Source of the DNA: an uncultured virus (IMG/VR IMGVR_UViG_3300046009_005838)
Lineage: Duplodnaviria > Heunggongvirae > Uroviricota > Caudoviricetes
IMG/VR virus record: IMGVR_UViG_3300046009_005838
Strand: one strand, 5' to 3'
Length of the DNA: 20,000 nucleotides
Below are positions 1 through 6,082 of this stretch, piece by piece; the first letter of the stretch is position 1; the number at the start of each line of letters is the position of its first letter. A program made the position numbers and the translations under genes. The notes below the pieces were generated by a model. The model did no database searches, was not told the origin of the DNA, and saw only the letters and a list, made by a program, of their open reading frames with translations.

Positions 1-1043
1 CCAGGATTCGAAGAAATTGTCTTATCCTTGTTTGCGCCTTGCGATGCAGAAGAAGGCAAGCCAACGCCTGGTGCTCCATCCTTTAAGTTTTTCAACTTGA
101 ATTTAGCAACGGCTCTTTCCTCTATTTTTGCTACGTAAGATTTGATGTCAGAAGCGAAGTGAGCAACCTCAATTGCATGCTTGATGTCAAGAGATTTGTC
201 CGCCTTGAATCGGTAGAAATTGTTCGCAAGAGAAGTGTTAATCGCTAACAACTTGTCATCCGTAATCTCATCCACCAACCCAAAGGTTTTCTTCTTGTTT
301 TCTTTCAACTCACTGAGAATAGGAAGTACACCTTGTGTATATGTATCCTCCCAAAACTTTTGACCTTTTCTTTGGTCTTCAAGTTTGTCTGCAATAAGTT
401 TATCCTGCAATGCTTTTGCGGCCTTCTTACGCTCTTCTTTCAGACGTTTAATTTCAACGGCCTTTGCAAGATCATCCTTATCATCAAATGAGTTGAACCT
501 TTTATCAAAAGTTCTTTCGAAATCATCTTCCGTCATTTGAATTCCAGCTTGTCTTGCTTCGTCCTGAATTTGAAGTCTGATCAAATCCTCTGCGCCCAAG
601 TGATCTGCCTCAACACCAAAATAATTTCTTACGAAATCAGATGGGTTAATTTCCACTCCTGCACCAAGAACTTCTTCATACTCGGAAACAGCCTTCATTA
701 AAGGGTTTTCAAGTTTTGCTTTCAGTTGTTCTATCAGTTGTGCTGCCTCTTGGAATTTGCCTGCAAGTAATTCGTACTCTTTCCTAGAAACTGTTTCTTC
801 GGACGGTGCTGCCGCAGATGGTGTTGATGGCTTTGAACCTCCACTTGGAGATGCTGCCGAGCCACCTTCTGGATCATCGAAATTGAAGTCATTGTCCTCA
901 AGTTCTGTCGCTGCTGGTTCTGTCGTTTCCGCTGCGGGTGTCCCACCTTCGGGTTCCGTTTGCGTTGCTTTAGAATCTACTGACGGGGTAGCTAATCCTG
1001 TCGGTTGTTCGTCTGAGTCTGGGTTTCTGTGGATCGTGTACAT
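1..1043 (-). CDS. Putative capsid scaffold/assembly protein (partial, >=347 aa, runs off left edge)
   Basis: Not in ORF track because there is no stop in the window. Manual translation from ATG 1043: MYTIHRNPDSDEQPTGLATPSVDSKATQTEPEGGTPAAETTEPAATELEDNDFNFDDPEGG... An acidic/Pro-rich disordered N-terminus is followed by a charged coiled-coil region. Function inferred from composition and position downstream of portal. Confidence 0.6.
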   Translation of the reverse strand, partial: MYTIHRNPDSDEQPTGLATPSVDSKATQTEPEGGTPAAETTEPAATELEDNDFNFDDPEGGSAASPSGGSKPSTPSAAAPSEETVSRKEYELLAGKFQEAAQLIEQLKAKLENPLMKAVSEYEEVLGAGVEINPSDFVRNYFGVEADHLGAEDLIRLQIQDEARQAGIQMTEDDFERTFDKRFNSFDDKDDLAKAVEIKRLKEERKKAAKALQDKLIADKLEDQRKGQKFWEDTYTQGVLPILSELKENKKKTFGLVDEITDDKLLAINTSLANNFYRFKADKSLDIKHAIEVAHFASDIKSYVAKIEERAVAKFKLKNLKDGAPGVGLPSSASQGANKDKTISSNP

Positions 1044-1099
1044 AATTATTTGTTTGTAGTTCACAAAATTCAGAATGAATTATATATTTGTGTAGAAAA

Positions 1100-1107
1100 T
1101 ATATTTG
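1100..1107 (+). promoter_or_regulatory. Bacteroidota sigma70-type -7 element (TATATTTG)
   Basis: Matches TAnnTTTG, 11 nt upstream of ATG 1119. A second copy lies at 1083-1090. Confidence 0.55.
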
Positions 1108-1118
1108 CCAACTATAAC

Positions 1119-1901
1119 ATGAACTACAAAAAGATACATTTCTCAAACTCACAGCATTACAGACAGAAACTCGAAGAAAATCTTCCTATAATCTCCAAGT
1201 CTTTCAAGGTAATAATTGGTGAAAATATTCGGGAAGCGCGGGAAACATTCTTCAAGACAACCGCTTGGGAGGCTTCGAAGCGAATGCAAATGTCCCAAAT
1301 TGAATCCGTAACTGGCGTTTCTACGGTGACAATATCTGCCATCGAAAAGGGAGAAGGCAACTTTACATTGGATAGCATAATCCGAGTTTGTTCCTACTTC
1401 GATATCCCAATAAATTATATGTGCGTTTCAGGTGGCTTTAAGAAATACCACGAGGCACAAACGGCTGTCGGAACGAAGCAGAGAAAGGAGGCAATGAAAA
1501 AAGTTGAAAAGATGCATGAGAACGCTCAGTGGAAGGTGACGTTTTTCTTTTGGGAAAATGGAATCCCAACCATTCAGCTTCCAAATGGAAAGAAAAAGAC
1601 TTTTGAAAACGGAACCACGCTTTACATCTCAGGAGCAAGCAATTTGAAACACTTTGCCGTTACGTTCTATAAAGACGAGCAAGGTCACGAAATGATCTAC
1701 CACGACCTAATAAATGATATTGATTTCTGGGCAAAGGGAATGAAAGAGCCACTTAAACTTTCGAACGAAGGAATTGAGTCGCCTAATTGCTCAAGCTGCT
1801 TGGTAATGTCTAGGAAAGAAAATATCGTAAGCAAGATTGCTGACGTTCGCCTCTATGTGCCTTCGCTAAAACAATACAGTCAAGGTGCAACGGTGCTCTA
1901 G
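1119..1901 (+). CDS. XRE/Cro-CI family helix-turn-helix protein with unknown C-terminal domain (260 aa)
   Basis: IGENIREARE...SQIESVTGVSTVTISAIEKGEGNFTLDSIIRVCSYFDIPINYM is a classic HTH_3 pattern. Start moved to ATG 1119 because the track start (1029) overlaps the divergent gene and promoter. Confidence 0.8.
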   Translation: MNYKKIHFSNSQHYRQKLEENLPIISKSFKVIIGENIREARETFFKTTAWEASKRMQMSQIESVTGVSTVTISAIEKGEGNFTLDSIIRVCSYFDIPINYMCVSGGFKKYHEAQTAVGTKQRKEAMKKVEKMHENAQWKVTFFFWENGIPTIQLPNGKKKTFENGTTLYISGASNLKHFAVTFYKDEQGHEMIYHDLINDIDFWAKGMKEPLKLSNEGIESPNCSSCLVMSRKENIVSKIADVRLYVPSLKQYSQGATVL

Positions 1902-2423
1902 TTCGTTACCGTTAGCAATATAAACTACGCGGCAAACGTAAACATCTTCTTGAACCATTGTGCCAAGGTAAGTTCCATTCCACGGAGTCGGACTGTCGTG
2001 AACAAGTTCGCCCCAACGATTCCAAATCTCAACGGATTTAATGTAAACATTCTCGTACTTCGGAAACCAAGTTGGATTTTCCTTATCTTCGTTTGGCGTA
2101 AATGTATTCGGGAAATAGATTGTCCAATACGGGCAGTCTTCAACTAAAATAAATGCCTGTCCAAATGTTTCGCATCCGTTATTATCGGTGACTTTGTACT
2201 CGATTTGAATTGCTCCCGTTTCTGAAATGATGAGCGATATCCTGTTATCATCCTCATAAACGCTGCCATCGAAGTCAGAGAACCAGTTAATAACATAGTT
2301 ACCATTGCCCATATCCAAGGCAACATTGACAAGTAAACTATCATCGCAAAGTTGTTTATTTAATACAGCCTGACCGTTTGCTGCAAAAGTGAACAACAGA
2401 ATAAGTAGGCTTGCTAGTTTCAT
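1866..2423 (-). CDS. Secreted protein with T9SS type-B C-terminal domain (CHU_C / gliding-motility-associated CTD)
   Basis: Signal peptide MKLASLLILLFTFAANG-Q, a short Ig-like segment (YKVTDNNGC), then IYFPNTFTPNEDKEN...IWNRWGELV...WNGTYLG...DVY, matching the type-B CTD signature. Confidence 0.85.
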   Translation of the reverse strand: MKLASLLILLFTFAANGQAVLNKQLCDDSLLVNVALDMGNGNYVINWFSDFDGSVYEDDNRISLIISETGAIQIEYKVTDNNGCETFGQAFILVEDCPYWTIYFPNTFTPNEDKENPTWFPKYENVYIKSVEIWNRWGELVHDSPTPWNGTYLGTMVQEDVYVCRVVYIANGNELEHRCTLTVLF

Positions 2424-2427
2424 AATA

Positions 2428-2435
2428 CAAAGATA
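2428..2435 (-). promoter_or_regulatory. Bacteroidota -7 element (TATCTTTG)
   Basis: TAnnTTTG 4 nt upstream of ATG 2423, directly after a terminator. Confidence 0.65.
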
Positions 2436-2469
2436 TAAAAACTAAGCCCGTCCAAATCGAACGGGCTTA
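2436..2469 (-). terminator. Rho-independent terminator
   Basis: Minus strand TAAGCCCGTTC-GATTT-GGACGGGCTTA followed by GTTTTTA. Confidence 0.75.
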
Positions 2470-2535
2470 TGTTCTCCAAACATGGTGCGCTGCCACATTT
2501 TAAGAACCGTCCGGTATCTCATCCGGAAATTATTG

Positions 2536-2781
2536 TTAGCAATTCCAACGCTTTCGCGCTGCAATCCCCCTTTCACCCTTCCACCCAGAGGATCTTGCGC
2601 AAAAAGATTTCTTCCGCCCTTTGTCGGCATCAGTCTTAGGGTTTGGGGCTGGCGCCTTGAGGTCGCTTCCCGTTTCACGATTATATTTCGCGCGGCCCTT
2701 GGCTGTTAATCCAGCACCTTTGCTCACCGGAAGTTTTTCTCCACGACCAACTGATAGACTGACTTTCTTCTTGGTTACCAT
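2536..2781 (-). CDS. Small basic phage protein (81 aa), DUF6321-like
   Basis: GLTAKGRAKYNRETGSDLKAP...RKKSFCAR...KRWNC motif, recalled as widespread in aquatic phages. TAATG coupling to upstream gene. Family name from memory. Confidence 0.7.
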   Translation of the reverse strand: MVTKKKVSLSVGRGEKLPVSKGAGLTAKGRAKYNRETGSDLKAPAPNPKTDADKGRKKSFCARSSGWKGERGIAARKRWNC

Positions 2782-3152
2782 TACTTCATCATTCTTTGCA
2801 TTGGCTCGGTCTTTCCTTCGCCAGTGTATTTTTTCGTAGAAGGTGTTTTTAATCGAGGTTTTTGCATTGGAACACTTTCAGCTTTATAGTTTTTTGTAGA
2901 AGGCATTTTGGGCTTTGAAGAAGAATAGGTCACTTTTGTAAGCTGCGACTTTGTTCCTGATGGAGAGATTTTCTCAGGGTAAGCGGTTCTTGTCGTATCT
3001 CTTGATGTTGATACTGTTGTCATTTTCTTTTCAAGAGTTGCGCTTCTTTTTGGAGATGAAGGCTTGGATGACATTGATTGCTTTGGAACGCTTGCCTTAA
3101 CCGCTTTTGATGCAGCATTTACCAATGGCATTTTTTTCTTTTCGTTTTGCAT
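2781..3152 (-). CDS. Lys/Ser/Thr/Pro-rich low-complexity protein (123 aa)
   Basis: ORF track. Stop overlaps the next start (TAATG). Confidence 0.65.
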   Translation of the reverse strand: MQNEKKKMPLVNAASKAVKASVPKQSMSSKPSSPKRSATLEKKMTTVSTSRDTTRTAYPEKISPSGTKSQLTKVTYSSSKPKMPSTKNYKAESVPMQKPRLKTPSTKKYTGEGKTEPMQRMMK

Positions 3153-3186
3153 TATTTCTTGTTTTTTGTGTTTAAAAATGTCATTG

Positions 3187-3357
3187 TTATTTTTTCTTAG
3201 CCTTACCCTTCATCATTGATACAGCTTTCTTTCCGTATTCCTTCATCATTTCTTTAGGATTGCTTTTTTCACGCTTCTCGTGCTTCTTCATTTCTGACTT
3301 TGAGCCATACTTCTCGCCAGTCTTTTTTTCCGTGATTACTTTCTTGCCGTATGCCAT
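3187..3357 (-). CDS. Small Lys-rich protein (56 aa)
   Basis: Manual translation MAYGKKVITEKKTGEKYGSKSEMKKHEKREKSNPKEMMKEYGKKAVSMMKGKAKKK. Below track cutoff. Confidence 0.75.
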   Translation of the reverse strand: MAYGKKVITEKKTGEKYGSKSEMKKHEKREKSNPKEMMKEYGKKAVSMMKGKAKKK

Positions 3358-3383
3358 GATTTCTTGGTTCTTATGTTATTTGT

Positions 3384-3391
3384 CAAAGGTA
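3384..3391 (-). promoter_or_regulatory. Bacteroidota -7 element (TACCTTTG)
   Basis: TAnnTTTG in the 38-nt intergenic gap, 26 nt upstream of ATG 3357. Confidence 0.55.
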
Positions 3392-3395
3392 AAAA

Positions 3396-3548
3396 TTATT
3401 TCTTCTTAGCCGTTTTAGCAGACTCTTTAAAATCCTTATTAGTTGGAGCGCCTTTGCTTCCCACCTTGCGCATCTTCTCGCCTGATCCAGCGGCAATGCG
3501 TTTGCGTTTTTCGTGAATGTTGCTATACAATCCAGGTTTAGTTGCCAT
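3396..3548 (-). CDS. Small basic phage protein (50 aa)
   Basis: Manual translation MATKPGLYSNIHEKRKRIAAGSGEKMRKVGSKGAPTNKDFKESAKTAKKK. The GLY.NIH.KRKRI..GSGEKMRK motif is recalled from many aquatic phages. Confidence 0.8.
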   Translation of the reverse strand: MATKPGLYSNIHEKRKRIAAGSGEKMRKVGSKGAPTNKDFKESAKTAKKK

Positions 3549-3765
3549 TGTTTAAAGATTGAGTGAGCCTGTGAAGCTCGGTGAAAAGATTTTGAAGTTT
3601 TGCCGCTTTCTCTGGGAGCAAATGAAAGTCATCTGCCATCTCAGTTGAATGACTGATTACGACTTTCATTATGTCCCCATCGGAAACGCCCTTTTGTTCT
3701 GCCGCAGCCATCATGTCAACAATAGCCTGAAAAGAATCGTAGAACGAAATTTTTATTGAATCCAT
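3538..3765 (-). CDS. Hypothetical protein (75 aa)
   Basis: Start reassigned to ATG 3765 (MDSIKISF...), which overlaps the upstream stop as TAATG. Confidence 0.65.
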   Translation of the reverse strand: MDSIKISFYDSFQAIVDMMAAAEQKGVSDGDIMKVVISHSTEMADDFHLLPEKAAKLQNLFTELHRLTQSLNNGN

Positions 3766-4334
3766 TAATTGAATGTAATCACACCTGATTGTGGTGAAGG
3801 GTTGACAATAGTTGTTCCAGTCGAAGTTCCGCCACAACCAGATACAGGATCAATTGCAGTGTAGGTTAAGTTATCAGGCAGTCCGTCCGAAGGGTTGTAT
3901 GTTCCATTGGCCAAAACATCAGTTCCAGACCAAGTTCCGCTAGCAGGAGAAGGATTGAATAATGCATCTAAATCAACCGTTCCTTGGTTTTGGCAAATAG
4001 GCACAACAGTAAATGATGAAGTTCCGTCCAATACCTCAACCTGACAATTTAATACAGTATCACAACCGGCAGCATCAACGGTCAATGTAATCGTATAAAT
4101 TCCCGTTGCAGCACCAACAGTTGCCCAAGCCAAAGAGTTCGTTCCTTGTCCTGCAAAGCCAGGCAATGTCGAAGTCCAAGTGTAGGTGTAGCCAGCGTTG
4201 ACAATTGGGTTGCCCAATGCATCGGTGTACGTGGCTGTCAAAGTTTGATTCACGCATTTCGTGGCGCAAATCTGCGCATCAGCAGTGAACATTGTAAACA
4301 CTGATAACATCAGCGCGAGTAGTAATCGTTTCAT
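3765..4334 (-). CDS. Secreted Thr/Gly-rich Ig/PKD-like domain protein (189 aa)
   Basis: Start reassigned to ATG 4334 (ATGA overlap). Signal peptide MKRLLLALMLSVFTMFTADA-Q. YTYTWT...GQGTN...YTITLTVDAAGC and C....VDL...GTWSG...Y.P...TYT...GC patterns are typical of Bacteroidota surface adhesin repeats. Confidence 0.75.
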   Translation of the reverse strand: MKRLLLALMLSVFTMFTADAQICATKCVNQTLTATYTDALGNPIVNAGYTYTWTSTLPGFAGQGTNSLAWATVGAATGIYTITLTVDAAGCDTVLNCQVEVLDGTSSFTVVPICQNQGTVDLDALFNPSPASGTWSGTDVLANGTYNPSDGLPDNLTYTAIDPVSGCGGTSTGTTIVNPSPQSGVITFN

Positions 4335-4960
4335 TGTTTTATGATGTTTATGTGGTTTATATTGATTTTTGCTGAGTCGCAATTGGTGAACATTTCTGCA
4401 TTCAAAGATCGTGGACCGTATCGCCACAACTTTAATTTTCCAATCTTAAAGTCCTTGGTTCGCTTTCCTTTGTAAACAACTAAGTCTGCATCAAGACTGT
4501 ATTTATATGAAAGGTAAGCAAAGGAATCATTGTCGGGAGAATAAAGGCTGACCTTCAAACAGTTTTCCAATGATTTTATCAATCGGCCAACTCTGATAGA
4601 ATCGCCAGGACGTATTGAATCACGCCATTGTAACTTGATATTCTTCTTCTCCTTCTCTAATTCAATCTTAAAGAAGTCAACCACTCGTTGCAGCTTTAAT
4701 TTATCCTTAGAAAGTTTCGACAAAGAATCAATATATTCCGCTTCGCGTTCTGCAAACTGTTCCTCAGTCAATCGAAGTGTCTTCGTGAATCCATCGCCAA
4801 GTCTTTTGTTATTCTCAACCTCAGATTCGTAGTTTTCAGACATTACATGGTAAGCATCCTTCCATTTGTCGCAGCCGTGAAGCGAAACGCCAATGATCCA
4901 AAACAAAACAGCATACCCAACTACAATAAGTATCTGAGTTCTTAAAGAAAAATGCTTCAT
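4331..4960 (-). CDS. Lysis-module membrane-anchored protein, DUF6549-like / possible spanin
   Basis: N-terminal TM ending in a possible lipobox (LHGC), a coiled coil (TLRLTEEQ) and C-terminal KLWRYGPR...N...I. Lies directly downstream of the lysin. Confidence 0.55.
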   Translation of the reverse strand: MKHFSLRTQILIVVGYAVLFWIIGVSLHGCDKWKDAYHVMSENYESEVENNKRLGDGFTKTLRLTEEQFAEREAEYIDSLSKLSKDKLKLQRVVDFFKIELEKEKKNIKLQWRDSIRPGDSIRVGRLIKSLENCLKVSLYSPDNDSFAYLSYKYSLDADLVVYKGKRTKDFKIGKLKLWRYGPRSLNAEMFTNCDSAKININHINIIKQ

Positions 4961-5610
4961 CTCCGTTTGTATGGATTATTAATTACAAACTTACGAATTT
5001 CTTCCAACGTGAGAATCTCTGGAGGGCATGCGCATTTAGATAGGGTTGCAGTCCTTCGCGTGTTCCGGTAGAAGCCATCTCCGTTTCGGCTCAGTCCATT
5101 GCTTGCATTTCCTTCTAGCGTAGTAATGGTTGTTGAGTCAGCATTAGGATTTTCAATCATCCCAATATGAGCATCCCTTTTTTGCTTCGGGAAATAAATG
5201 GTAAACAAACAGCCAGTTTTCACATAAGGCTTATATCCTGCAGGAGTCTTCCATCTTCTGTCGTGAACAACAATCAATGGGCTGCTTCTATTTACCCAAG
5301 AAGGAACGTATGCTGACCTTGGAACTGTTACGCATTCCTCTGTGGTATGGAAACCATAATACATTGAACTTGCACACCAAAAAGATCCCTTCGGAACACT
5401 TGTTAACTTATTGCCAGCATCGGGAAGCCATCCTCGATTAGATCCCAAAGGTGTTTCTTTGAATCCAACGAACTCTGAAAAATAGACGGCAATCTTTTCT
5501 CCTTTCGTATCAGGATTCTTTATACGACTGCTTTTACTACCTTGAGCGCTACCCAAAACAGCAACAACAACAAAGAGAATAGCAACGGTATAGACATAAG
5601 CCTTTGCCAT
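4957..5610 (-). CDS. Endolysin, CHAP-type peptidoglycan hydrolase with N-terminal signal/anchor
   Basis: VGFKE...SNRG...FWCASSM (catalytic Cys), DAHIGMIE (His) and TLEGNAS motifs, plus hydrophobic N-terminus. Confidence 0.8.
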   Translation of the reverse strand: MAKAYVYTVAILFVVVAVLGSAQGSKSSRIKNPDTKGEKIAVYFSEFVGFKETPLGSNRGWLPDAGNKLTSVPKGSFWCASSMYYGFHTTEECVTVPRSAYVPSWVNRSSPLIVVHDRRWKTPAGYKPYVKTGCLFTIYFPKQKRDAHIGMIENPNADSTTITTLEGNASNGLSRNGDGFYRNTRRTATLSKCACPPEILTLEEIRKFVINNPYKRR

Positions 5611-6080
5611 GGTCTTATCGTTTTAAAGTCGTTTTCAAATGTACTTATTAATTCCTTCTTCTCTTCCTTCGTTGGATAAATGTAACGGAATATTGTCCTG
5701 AAATTAAAGTAGAGAAAGCCAAAGAATGATAGCGAAAACAAAACAGTAATTAGTGCCGCCTCTGCAACGTAATCCCACGTTTCCATAAACGGCAATGCTG
5801 CATAAGGATCTGTTTCTCTAATCCATTCCCTGATTAGATACACGCCACCAATAAGAACTAACGCCATTGGAGCGTCTGCAAATCTTTGAAGAAACCATTT
5901 TGTACCCGAATAGCCTTTTCTCAATCCAAACGAAAGTGCCTTCTTTCCAAAGTGGCCAATGAAAATAGATCCGTAGTAACCAACTACAACACAAGCCATG
6001 ATAACCACGAAGGCAATGCCAACAACTACACCAAAGATAGCCAGCATAATTAGTCCAGAACCTTTGAGTAAATCAAGCAT
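5520..6080 (-). CDS. Multi-pass membrane protein, putative holin
   Basis: About four hydrophobic segments. Immediately upstream of and overlapping the CHAP lysin. Confidence 0.6.
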   Translation of the reverse strand: MLDLLKGSGLIMLAIFGVVVGIAFVVIMACVVVGYYGSIFIGHFGKKALSFGLRKGYSGTKWFLQRFADAPMALVLIGGVYLIREWIRETDPYAALPFMETWDYVAEAALITVLFSLSFFGFLYFNFRTIFRYIYPTKEEKKELISTFENDFKTIRPWQRLMSIPLLFSLLLLLFWVALKVVKAVV

Positions 6081-6082
6081 AG

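Noticed and set aside
734..1152. Track ORFs 734-946, 757-1059 and 970-1152
   Set aside because: Alternate-frame or antisense shadows of the long minus-strand ORF starting at 1043.
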